This document shows positions 9,165 through 18,045 of a DNA stretch of 43,506 nt, one piece after another (the stretch's first letter is position 1; the number at the start of each line of letters is the position of its first letter). The DNA is from Anaerolineae bacterium (GTDB lineage Bacteria; Chloroflexota; Anaerolineae; S016-19). The notes below the pieces were generated by a model, which saw only the letters and a list, made by a program, of their open reading frames with translations, was not told the DNA's origin and did not search any database. The stretch covers positions 1 to 43,506 of the forward strand of contig WFSD01000158.1 of NCBI GenBank assembly GCA_015486235.1. The letters run 5' to 3'. A program made the translations under genes and the position numbers.

Positions 9165-9768
9165 CTACGATTTCCAATGTGCCGGTTCACCCCCAAGTCT
9201 CCATTCACGTTTAGTGGTAACGCTACCATCTGGCACGGTCAGAGCCTGCACCGCGAAGGGCACGCTCCCTAACTGCACCCGCGGGGTCATCTCGTCGTCC
9301 GTGCCCACGGTGATGCCCAGGAAGAGCTGGTCATGCCCCTGGTCACATCCTGGCGAATGGGGTTCAGGCTGCCCAGCATGACGTTGAACAAGCATCGCTG
9401 ACCTGCACGCCGTTGGAGCCAGTCCATTGCTCCTCCCACAGGGGCGCGCCACCGCTGGCTTGGGCGTAAAGACGAAAGATCATATTCACGGTGTCGGTCA
9501 GGGGGTTGCCGTCCGCATTTGCCAGCCGGCCCTGGCACGCAATCGTGCCAGTGGATGCGGTGGTAGGGCCGATCCTGCCGGGTCGCCCTAACGGCAGCGC
9601 GCCAGCGCTCTGCGCCCAGAGCAGCCCAGCTACGATGATCAGTGTGAACAAGATGTTGCCCGGCGTGGGAAACAACGCACGCAGCCAGCCATACCACCTC
9701 AGGTTCAACTGAGGCCAGTAGGCTACAATCAGCTCGGCAAGTACTACGAGAAACGGTTTGCGATTCAT
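9165..9768 (-). pseudogene. secreted repeat or tail-fibre-like protein, disrupted by at least two 1-nt frameshifts
   Basis: Three frames join into one sensible sequence: ...FRLYAQASGGAPLWEEQWTGSNGVQVSD / (G)LFNVMLGSLNPIRQDVT / GHDQLFLGITVGTDDEMTPRVQLGSVPFAVQALTVPDGSVTT. The frame changes are at about 9390-9397 and 9336-9342. It may continue into ORF 8872-9177. Confidence 0.6.
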
Positions 9769-9908
9769 GATTCACGATGATCCCCTTCGTCTGGGTGTGA
9801 GAATTGTGCTATACTGTTTGCGTGTAGTGGTTGATCCCAGACTGCATCATTTGGACCAACCAATGAGCTCCAGACTACATCGCCTTTGATAATGAGGCAA
9901 ACATTGCC

Positions 9909-10151
9909 ATGGATACATACCAGTTTACGATCATTATCGAACGCCAGCCTGAAGGAGGGTATCTGGTCTCTGTTCCCGCCTTACCGGGCTGTTACACGGA
10001 AGGACGTACCCTGGAAGAGGCTCGTGAAATGGCTGCTGACGCTATCCGTGCCTACTGCATCAGCCTGCGCAAGCAGGGCGAACCTGTTCCTGTTGAGTCC
10101 CTCGATGAACAACTTATTGGACGACTGAGCGTGAACCTGGAACCAGCATGA
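9909..10151 (+). CDS. hicB: HicB family antitoxin (UPF0150)
   Basis: The sequence YQFTIIIERQPEGGYLVSVPALPGCYTEGRTLEEAREMAADAIRAYC is the typical HicB fold signature. Its stop overlaps the hicA ATG (ATGA). Confidence 0.85.
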   Translation: MDTYQFTIIIERQPEGGYLVSVPALPGCYTEGRTLEEAREMAADAIRAYCISLRKQGEPVPVESLDEQLIGRLSVNLEPA

Positions 10152-10272
10152 TGTCTCGTCTGCCCACCGTGGAACCCCATCAACCTTTCAGAGGCTTAGA
10201 ATGTGTGGGCTTTCAAGCTGCAGACGGGTAGTCATGTTGTCCTATGGCGTGAGAGCGACGGACGTCGGGTGG
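10148..10272 (+). pseudogene. hicA: hicA toxin, 5' fragment (frameshifted, then interrupted by an IS)
   Basis: MMSRLPTV..FRGLECVGFQ runs into the stop at 10229-10231. The +1 frame continues GSHVVLWRESDGRRVV up to the IS boundary. Confidence 0.75.
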
Positions 10273-11610
10273 TGTCATGCGATGTAGGGTTGTACCCCCT
10301 AAAAAACGCTGTATAATTATGCCTGTGGGACTGTGAAATCTTTTTATGTAAAAGGAGGTGGAATCATGCCTGCCCCGATTCCATATGCCCATAGGTTGGA
10401 GATTGTTGAGCGTAAGGAAAAAGGGGAATCACTAGCCCAGATAGCCGAATCGTTGGGATACAGCTACTGGGGGATACGGAGGATATGGCGGCAATATCTG
10501 AAGAGAGGGAAAGCTGGGTTAGCGACTCGGTACAAAGAAGGGTGGCAAGAGCCACGGACCAAGAGAGAGATTTATGAAGAGGCGATGGAGTTGAAACGAG
10601 AGCATCCTGGGTGGGGAGCTGGGGTGATTCGGGCCATATTGCAGGAGCATTGGCCGAAGGAAGAAGTACCCAAGGAGCGTACCTTGCAGGCGTGGTGGCG
10701 GCGTGGGAAGATACAGCGAGCGAGGCAGAGGAAAGTAAAGGGGAATGAGGAGCGAGCCAGGAAAGTGCACGAAGTATGGCAGATTGATGGGGTGGAGGTG
10801 GGGAAGTACAGTTGGACTACAGTGACAGATGAGAAGAGTGGTGCAGTGTTGGGTGGGCGCATTTTCCCCCTATCGGCAGGTGGAGCAGATTCCGCAGCAG
10901 GAGATGCAGAGGTTCTTCCGGGAAGTAATGGAAGAATGGGGGCTTCCTGAGCGGATACGTGTTGACAATGGGAACCCTTGGGGAAGGTCTCGAGGGCTGC
11001 CGCCAGCGATGGCATTGTGGTGGATGGGATTTGGGATAGATGTGGTGTGGATACCGCCCAATAAACCCCAGCGCAACGGGGTGGTTGAGCGGAGCCAAGG
11101 AGTGCTTCAACAATGGAGCGAGCCGAAGAAGTGGAAGGATATAGAAACAGGGCAAGAGCGGCTGGAATGGGCGATAAAGATGCAACGGGAGAAGTACCGA
11201 GGGGAGGACGGTAGGACTCGCCTCGAGCGGCTCCCCGAGCTTACAGCCAATGCGCGGAAGTATTGTGCAGCAGAGGAGGAAAAGCGGTGGTCTTTGAGTG
11301 AAGTGCACAAGCGACTGGCTACAGGGCAGTGGACGCGGAAAGTTGGGAAGAATGGGCAGATCACCCTGTACAACAGGGCTTACTCGGTAGGGCGTCGGTA
11401 TGCAAGGCAAGAGGTTTGGGTAAATTGGGATGCTCAGAAGCGGATATGGGTGGTAAAGGATGAAAGAGGCAAAGTGATTCGGGAAATAGCCCCAAAGTGC
11501 TTTGATGCGAAGGCTATACGGTCAATGAAGGTAAGCTACGTAAAACCATCAAGAAGAAAGGGGCACAACTTTAATGCGGATGAGGGGGCATAACCCTACC
11601 TCGGATAACA
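10273..11610 (+). mobile_element. IS element (rve/DDE integrase type, IS481-like), 1338 bp
   Basis: The terminal inverted repeats are TGTCATGCGATGTAGGGTTGTACCCCCT (left) and the reverse complement of the right end, TGTTATCCGAGGTAGGGTTATGCCCCCT (23/28 match, TGT...ACA termini). A 5-bp direct repeat GGTGG lies at 10268-10272 and 11611-11615. Confidence 0.8.
10366..11593 (+). pseudogene. IS transposase (HTH + rve DDE integrase), split by a +1 frameshift
   Basis: ATG 10366 follows AAAGGAGG. Frame 1 reads ...HEVWQIDGVEV..TDEKSGAVLGGRIF. Frame 2 (offset +1) reads ...PERIRVDNGNPWG...NKPQRNGVVERSQ. The switch is at the C5 run 10866-10870. Confidence 0.75.
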
Positions 11611-11716
11611 GGTGGTTATTCCCCTCCACAACCGTGATCTAGGGCGTGGACTGACACTACGGATCATCAAAAGCGCTGGCCTGACTCGTGATGAGTTTGT
11701 CGAATTGCTTACGTAG
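11611..11716 (+). pseudogene. hicA: hicA toxin, 3' fragment
   Basis: It reads (V)IPLHNRDLGRGLTLRIIKSAGLTRDEFVELLT*. It is in frame with the pre-IS GSHVVLWRESDGRRV segment once the IS and one target duplication copy are removed. Confidence 0.75.
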
Positions 11717-11943
11717 TCGGTTCTCGTTGCTTGTGTTGTCCGTGTAGCACTTCTTTCTTATTCCCAGCAGCCTGCTATGGAACACCCTGCCTGGGGAAGA
11801 CTTGATTGTCGCCGAAAATCTGACCTCTCGTCTAGAAGAGCTTGATGCAACCGCCTCCAGAGTTTCAATAAAACACTGACTGTCACGCTTCGGCCATCTG
11901 GTCAGTCGTCCCAATACCCAGTGCCCCAGTCCTCAATAGAGTA

Positions 11944-13489
11944 CTGTAGTTTCGCCAAAATGATGTCCAATTAGGGCGAGCACTGGTCCTTCTGGTAAAA
12001 TTACGTCAATTAAATACAACAACCAGGAGGTACCAATGCTCACAGCAATTATACAACACCCTGCGGAACTTGTCGCATTCATCCAGGCACTTAACCTCGC
12101 ACTTTACCAACCACAAAAGCGACACCTGCTTAACGTCATTGATGCGCTACTAACACACAATGGTCGGAAGACCTTGAGCGCTCTGTATCGACTGTTGGCG
12201 AAAGCTCCTGGGCCCAAAGCTGCAGCGGACTTCTTCCGTGAAAGCCCCTGGGAGGCAGAAGCCATCAGCAAGCCACGCAAGCACTTCATGTTGCAGAAGA
12301 TGTTGGAGCTTGCCCACCGCCTCGAACTGGATCGTGTCATCTACATGAGCATAGATGACAGCCTGGGCAAGAAGGGGAAAGCAACCCGACATCTGGAAGT
12401 GGTGGACTTCCAACACAATCACAATGAGAGCACACGCAGGAAACGGGTCTACGTCAATGGATATGTGTACGTAGAGGTACATATCCACATAGGGCCTATT
12501 GGATTCCTGTTCGATACACGTCTGTACCTGCGGAGGAAGACCGTTCGGCGGCTCAACCGGAGACGCCCCAAAGAAAACCGATTGCATTACGGGGCAAGTA
12601 CAGTCTGGCTCGGGAGATGTTGGTTGAGCTGACCGGGATGCTGCCAAAAGACTACCGAGTCTATGTTCTCTTTGATTCCTGGTACGCATCCGCTAAGCTG
12701 ATCAAATTCTGCCGAAGGCGAGAATGGCACGTCATCAGCGCCATCAAGCGCAACCGGCGCGTCGACAAGAAGCGTATTGACCAATACGACCAGGTGCTCA
12801 AGCACAAGCCTTACCAGCGGGTCACGCTGAAGGCTGCGGACGGGAAAGATGGGAAACGCACCTACCTGGTGCGCTCCATCCTCGGTTCATTGGAGGCTGG
12901 GGTTGGCGAAGTCCGCGCACTGATATCGAAACGGCACAGGGGTGACAAACACCCCAGGTATTTCATCTGCACAGACCTTTCTCTGAGTGTGGGTGAGATC
13001 CTGAAGATCTACCAGATGCGCTGGCCTGTGGAGGTCGACAACTTCTACCTGAAGAAGCCCCTGGGGGTGGGTGACTTCCGATTGCAAAGCTTCGAGGCTA
13101 CTCAGAAATGGTTCGCCGTGGTAGTCCTGGCGCTCAACTATCTGCAGTACCGCTACGCTCAGGCTTACCTGCAGGGCCAGACTTCCGACTCCCTGGCAGA
13201 CTTCATCCGTCAGCATCGCCTGGGGCATCTTCGGGCTATGTTGCGCTCGGTCATTGATGAAGCCATTCAGACCAGGCAGGTGGATGTGGCGGTAGACAAA
13301 GTCCTGGTCGCCGCCGAGTGGGCTCTCATCTGAGGCCATCGCTCAGAACTAAGGCTACATTACAACGTCCTTGGGGGACATGAGGGTGTCCCTTGGCTTC
13401 GTCGCGCCAGTATTACTGCCTAGTTGAAGAAAAATCAGATGCCTTTGTGGTGGTTGTTAAGGTTCCAGCACCATTTTTGGCGAAACTAG
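11944..13489 (+). mobile_element. IS element (IS701/IS4-like DDE transposase), about 1.55 kb, exact ends ambiguous
   Basis: Terminal inverted repeat core TAGTTTCGCCAAAA(A)TG lies at 11947-11963 and, reverse-complemented, at 13472-13489. The heptamer TAGAGTA occurs at both borders (11937-11943 and 13487-13493). Confidence 0.65.
12036..13333 (+). pseudogene. IS701/IS4-like DDE transposase, split by a -1 frame change
   Basis: Motifs SIDDSLGKKGK, LFDSWYAS and IYQMRWPVEVDNFYLKKPLGVGDFRLQS (the Y-x2-R-x3-E-x6-K type C-terminal motif). ORF1 ends ...ENRLHYG. ORF2 continues GKYSLAREMLVEL. The switch is at the G4 run 12591-12594. Confidence 0.75.
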
Positions 13490-13572
13490 AGTAGAGTATA
13501 TTCCTCCTTGCCCGACCTCCGGGCACATGCGCCGCCGTCAGCGGCGGCTCAGGGCAATCGCCTCAGGGACCA

Positions 13573-14031
13573 TCATCGCTCCGCTGGCGATTCGTAATCG
13601 CTATCACTCATCATGAGAGGTAACTGAGAAGCCCTGGATTGCTGGCTGCACTCTGGGGAACTGGCAGCTTCTTGCTCCCTATTGTTCCCTCTCCCATTTC
13701 CCATTCCCATAGAGTACATAAATAGTGCCCCTTTGTTGTTGCCGATGAGAAGTCCACGTTCAAAATCCTGCACGGCTTGCATGCCGGGCAAGTCTGCCGA
13801 GACCGCCAGTTTCTTCGCCTGGGAGACCAGGAATGGAAGCCGAAAGCGGGGCTTGAACACTTTGAGGGCCATCTCACCCACGGCTCCTTTGCCGGAGGCC
13901 AGCAGATGGCACACGATCCCTGCACGGCCTTCCTGGCCGTGAGGCATGCCGGGGGCAGCCGGATGCTCCGCGATGCGGTAAGTCACGTCATCAATGGCCA
14001 GTCGATCGCCAATCTGGGGACGAAAGGGCAT
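13573..14031 (-). pseudogene. N-terminal stub of a protein-kinase-like protein
   Basis: IDDVTYRIAEHPAAPGMPHGQEGRAGIV...ALKVFKPRFRLPFLVSQAKKLAVSADLPGMQ resembles the N-lobe (VAIK-like ALKVFK) of a kinase-like family. After about residue 100 the sequence becomes low-complexity with no catalytic loop. Confidence 0.5.
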
Positions 14032-14043
14032 CCGTCTACTCCA

Positions 14044-15711
14044 TCATCTCGCGGTCCTGCATAAATGCTTCTCCAGTTTCTCCAGGTCGGCCCGGGTGGA
14101 GATCAGGATATCGTGCTCGGCGGCGTATGCCCGCGCCGCGGGCGTGAAACCACTCCGGCTGATGAACCAAGGCCGTGCCGACAGCGCCTGCGCTTTTCTC
14201 AGCAGAGCCGCCAGTTCCTTCTTCCCGGCCGCCTTGCCCCGCCATTTGAGCTCTACCGCCCACTGCTCGCCATCCTCCGCCAGGGCGTCCACCTCTATCT
14301 GACCATCAGGAGAGCGATAAGGTGCTACCCGATGGAAAGTCGGCAGCCGGAACGGGCCGCTGAGCCCCAGCCAGGCCCCTTCCACCGTCTGACCGGCGAA
14401 ACTTCGCACCAAGTCCCGCACCCCTGCCTCCCTGGCCCGACCCAGTTCGGTGGTCAGGCGGAAGCGCTCCGCCTCCAGGTCCGCCAGCAAGGGGGCCAAC
14501 GTCGCCCGGCTCGTCGACGGGTCTACCTCGATGCCCCGCGTGATCGCCCCCACCCAATAGCGCAACACCGGATCGCGGTAGAAATATTCCCCTCCGTCCT
14601 CCACTACCAGGTCCACCTCCTGTAGCGCCCGCAAGTAACTCCGTGTGGTGGAGGCTCCCTTGCGGATCCGGCGGGCCAGCTCGCTGAGAGTCAGTCCTTC
14701 CTCCTCGGCCAGTACCTGAAGGATGGCCTTGAGGATGCCGTAGCCTCGCGCCCGCCGTAGCGATACGTCATACAGGTAGCGGCAATAGTGGTAGATTTGC
14801 CCCCTGCGGTTCAACGCTTCCAGCACGAAAGCCCGTGAGACATCCTCCGGTTGCAGGTCGGCCGGTGAAGGGGCCAGCCCGCTCAGCCGGGTCGCCACTG
14901 CGTGGATGTAGAAAGGATGACCGCCGGTTAGCCGGTGCAGTTGGCGGCCCACTCCCGGCGACGGGGTGTCGCCCAGTACCCGCTCTGCCAGGGCCAGGGT
15001 AGCGTCGGGAGGGAAAAGCGACACCTCCATCATCTCGAACTGGAGGAAGAGAGGAGAGTCCCCTTCCTGAATCATCGCCTTCATCGCGTTGATGGCCGAG
15101 GCGGCGACGACGTATCCCAGCCGTCCGTGTCGCTGCATCGCCGCCCGAAAGAGGTGCCAGGGGCGGCGCACGGACGGGTAGTTACCCAGGACGGCGAACT
15201 CCGTAAACTCGTCCACGAGGAGGAGCAGCCGGCAATCCAATTCCTGTGCCAATTTCTCCGGAAAGTCCAAAGCCAGGGTGACCTGGGTGGCGGGATCATC
15301 GCGGGCGTTCTCCATCGCAGCCAGTGTCTGGGCAACGCAGCGCAGGCCGGCCGCCGGCCCGCCGAGGAGCGCTGTGGGGGTGAGGAAGGCTTCTATCTCC
15401 CCCTCTCCCTGGGTCAAAGCCCAGAAGGTGACCAGGCCCACGTAGCGGCGGCTGAACAGTTCGGGAGAGGTGACCAGTTCCTCAAAGTCCACGTAGACGG
15501 GGCGAACAGGACCGGTAGGGGCGGCCTCCAGGAGGCGGGCGGTGTGTTCCAGCAGAAGGAGGGTCTTGCCGATGCGACGCAGGCCGAAGAGGGCCAGGTG
15601 GCGAGGACGACCGGCGGCCAGATCAGCGGTGGCCTGCTGCAATCGGTCCAGTTCCCGCTCCCGGTCGGTGAAGAGGGAGCGGAGGTGGGGTGGGTAGAAA
15701 GGGATGGGCAT
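14044..15711 (-). CDS. AAA-type ATPase (Arch_ATPase-like) with winged helix and C-terminal DUF234 / restriction-endonuclease-like domain
   Basis: FTDRERELDRL then Walker A GLRRIGKT and Walker B LLLLVDEFTEF. HTH-like segment GLTLSELARRIRKGASTTRSYLRALQEVDLV. C-terminus QIEVDALAEDGEQWAVELKWRGKA. Confidence 0.85.
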   Translation of the reverse strand: MPIPFYPPHLRSLFTDRERELDRLQQATADLAAGRPRHLALFGLRRIGKTLLLLEHTARLLEAAPTGPVRPVYVDFEELVTSPELFSRRYVGLVTFWALTQGEGEIEAFLTPTALLGGPAAGLRCVAQTLAAMENARDDPATQVTLALDFPEKLAQELDCRLLLLVDEFTEFAVLGNYPSVRRPWHLFRAAMQRHGRLGYVVAASAINAMKAMIQEGDSPLFLQFEMMEVSLFPPDATLALAERVLGDTPSPGVGRQLHRLTGGHPFYIHAVATRLSGLAPSPADLQPEDVSRAFVLEALNRRGQIYHYCRYLYDVSLRRARGYGILKAILQVLAEEEGLTLSELARRIRKGASTTRSYLRALQEVDLVVEDGGEYFYRDPVLRYWVGAITRGIEVDPSTSRATLAPLLADLEAERFRLTTELGRAREAGVRDLVRSFAGQTVEGAWLGLSGPFRLPTFHRVAPYRSPDGQIEVDALAEDGEQWAVELKWRGKAAGKKELAALLRKAQALSARPWFISRSGFTPAARAYAAEHDILISTRADLEKLEKHLCRTAR

Positions 15712-15759
15712 AAGGACCTCCTCTTGATAGGGCGACTGCCCTATAGTGCAACTGCCCTA

Positions 15760-15930
15760 ACTATATCACGGTGACGTCGTCCTGGCAAGTCACACTCTTC
15801 AGCGGACCGGGTACCACGACATTCTCCCCACTTACCTCCCCCAGTTCTCTGCATCTGCCACCCCCACGTTCGCACCGCGCCGTCCTCAAGACCCAGAAGC
15901 CAGAAGGGTGCCGTCGGGGGAAAAGGCCGC
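15760..15930 (-). pseudogene. WD40-repeat remnant
   Basis: Minus-strand reading gives AFSPDGTLLASGS, then a stop, then (E)DGAVRTW, a typical WD40 blade junction. The downstream reading is broken in all frames. Confidence 0.3.
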
Positions 15931-15948
15931 GCTCAGGCGACCATCACC

Positions 15949-16677
15949 CTATGGCACCGGCGACCAAGCGGGCCACTCATCGCAGGCCGGGTTGTTCGTC
16001 AGGCGGCTCACGCCGGAGCCATCGGCGTTCATTACGTAGATTTCCTCGTTGCCATTGCGATCGGACACAAACGCGATGCGCCAACCATCCAGCGACCAAG
16101 CAGGAAGCCCGTTGGCCGGGTTGTTCGTCAGGCGGCTCACGCCGGAGCCATCGGCGTTCATTACGTAGATCTCGGCATTCCCATCACGCAGGGAAAGGAA
16201 CACGATCTTTCTTCCGTCGGGCGACCATTCGGGGGAGGACTCCGTCGCTGTGTTGGCAGTCAAAGCGACCTGGCCACTACCGTCGGCGTTCATGGCGTAA
16301 ATCTCGAAATCGCCATCCCTATTGGACATAAAGGCAATCCGCCCCATCAGAGCAGACAAAGCCATAGCACCTCTTGGGGCAGAGATACCCTTGGGCTTTA
16401 GACTCACCATGCCCTTCCTACGTTGCAAGGGCCTCAGGTCAAACGAGGGATTCGATGACTGAGTGGTAGTGGATCGAGAGCCGTTACTACCCTGCGGCGT
16501 AGCCTGTGCCCAAGTCTGAGTAGGTCTGTCCGATGCTTTCGAAATAGCAACAGACATCGTTCCACCGGACAGCAAAGTCAGTATTACCACAAGAGCAAAC
16601 AAAACCAGAACTCGCGTTCTCACAATTTCATCTCCCGACCGTGGGGTGCTGAGGCAGGTTGCCGCCCGTCCCAGCAT
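15949..16677 (-). CDS. TolB-like beta-propeller protein (PD40 repeats) with N-terminal membrane anchor or signal
   Basis: Repeated FMSNRDGDFEIYAMNADGSG, LSLRDGNAEIYVMNADGSG and VSDRNGNEEIYVMNADGSGVSRLTNNP blades. Hydrophobic N-terminus VLVLFALVVILTLL. The end (PAWSPVP*) looks abrupt. Confidence 0.8.
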   Translation of the reverse strand: MLGRAATCLSTPRSGDEIVRTRVLVLFALVVILTLLSGGTMSVAISKASDRPTQTWAQATPQGSNGSRSTTTQSSNPSFDLRPLQRRKGMVSLKPKGISAPRGAMALSALMGRIAFMSNRDGDFEIYAMNADGSGQVALTANTATESSPEWSPDGRKIVFLSLRDGNAEIYVMNADGSGVSRLTNNPANGLPAWSLDGWRIAFVSDRNGNEEIYVMNADGSGVSRLTNNPACDEWPAWSPVP

Positions 16678-16693
16678 CCGGACCGTAGTCCTA

Positions 16694-17010
16694 TTATCGA
16701 GTGTAGCGCAGCATCAGCGGCAGGTGGACGTTGCGAGTGATCGGCGTGGGTGTTGGCGGTACCCACTCCCCCCGCCATGTGTATTTCAAGTCACCGGTGT
16801 TATAGTAGTAATAGCTGAGGTATGGCCGACCAAGGGAATCAAGCGCCAGGGAGGTGTACTGGCCCACCCGGCCATCGCTGTCCACCGTCATGGTGTGCCA
16901 GCCATTGCTATCCTTGTAGGCGTATTTCAGATCAAAGTTGGTCCCGTCGTAGTAACTGATGTGTGGCCAACCGGAAGCGTCCAGCGCCAGGGAAGTGTAC
17001 CCGCCGCCAC
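16694..17010 (-). pseudogene. C-terminal fragment of a repeat (YTSLALD...ISYYD...DLKYA) protein
   Basis: It reads GGYTSLALDASGWPHISYYDGTNFDLKYAYKDSNGWHTMTVDSDGRVGQYTSLALDSLGRPYLSYYYYNTGDLKYTW...HLPLMLRYTR*. It has no start or N-terminal part. It abuts the sigma fragment in a different frame. Confidence 0.5.
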
Positions 17011-17369
17011 GCGTCCACCACCGCCGTGGACGTGCATCGTCTCAGGTAGGCCAGGAGGCTGCCAAGGGTAGGGAATTTGGAAAAGCGTTCCGGGGTGACG
17101 TACCGGGAGAAGGTGAAAAACGCCTGGTTCACCAGGGAGTCCATCGACTCGCTGGAGGCCTGGTAGAGGGAATTCTTCGACACCCACCGGCGGGCCAGGA
17201 AGGAGAAGATAGAGTAGACTTCCTTCCACGCTTCCTGGTCGCCCCGGACACACGCCATACGAAAGAGATCGTAGCAATAGGTGGACTCAATCTTGCTCCC
17301 CAGGAGAAAATGTTCTACTTCCTCCCGGCAGCGGTCTGCGAGGTCTGCGGATTTCGAGTCTGGCAGCAT
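17005..17369 (-). pseudogene. sigma-70-family factor, N-terminal (region 2-like) fragment
   Basis: ATG 17369 follows GGAGGA. The sequence DLADRCREE...YCYDLFRMACVRGDQEAWKEVYSIFSFLARRWV...LLAYLRRCTSTAVVDAWRR then runs into unrelated sequence. No region 4 is present. Confidence 0.5.
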
Positions 17370-17646
17370 TGCACATCCTCCGTGCGTGGGGGAGGCCGGA
17401 TGTCGACTGCCGGTTTGGGAGGTGTGCTGGTGAGAGACTCTCGGCTCTTTCCGGCCACCCTTGGCGGTCGCCATGTATCAGAACAGTTACAGGAATTCTG
17501 TCAGAGCCGCGTACATGGTACATCTTTCTCTTCGTCGGCGTCAACCTGGCGCACTTTGTCCGGTTGAGTTCGATGGTCGCCTGGAGGCCTGCAGGATTTA
17601 TTCCTGAAGCCTTTCTCCATCCGAACTCGAACGGCCGTGCCAAAGG

Positions 17647-18045
17647 TTAGAGTTTCCTGACCATCACGACGAGCTCTGAATACTGCGAAAGCACCCTGTC
17701 CACCGTGTACAGGTGAGCGGGTTCGGTAATGGCCTGGGCTACCAGGATGCGATCGAAAGGATCACGATGATGCAAAGGAAGTCTGTACACAGCGGCGGCG
17801 TGCAGTGCTTGAATCGGCAACTCCCGGAACCCTGACGCCAACGCAGCCTCTGCAATCGCCTCCAACGGCATCGACAGCGGCAGGCGACCGATCTGCGCCT
17901 TGATAGCTATCTCCCAGATGCTGGCCGCACTGAACAACACATCGTTGGCAGGGGAGATCAGTTCCTCACGCACGTCCTCAGGTATGCGCTCCGGTTCGGC
18001 CAGCGCCCACAACAGCATGTGAGTGTCCAGGAGTATGCGCATCAC
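17647..18045 (-). CDS. vapC: type II toxin VapC (PIN domain)
   Basis: ILLDTHMLLWAL, SAASIWEIAIK and HHRDPFDRILVAQA are the PIN acidic-residue pattern. It has a 4-nt overlap with the upstream antitoxin gene. Confidence 0.9.
   Translation of the reverse strand: MMRILLDTHMLLWALAEPERIPEDVREELISPANDVLFSAASIWEIAIKAQIGRLPLSMPLEAIAEAALASGFRELPIQALHAAAVYRLPLHHRDPFDRILVAQAITEPAHLYTVDRVLSQYSELVVMVRKL

Noticed and set aside
10860-10875. Programmed -1 ribosomal frameshifting in the IS481/IS3-like transposase
   Set aside because: The second ORF is in the +1 frame relative to the first. The site is a C5 homopolymer without an A-AAA-AAG-type slippery heptamer, so a mutation or sequencing indel is more likely.
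15771-16331. 186-aa arginine-rich plus-strand ORF with an internal repeat
   Set aside because: Its repeat is simply the antisense of the PD40 blade duplication. The protein is an implausible R/S/P-rich sequence.
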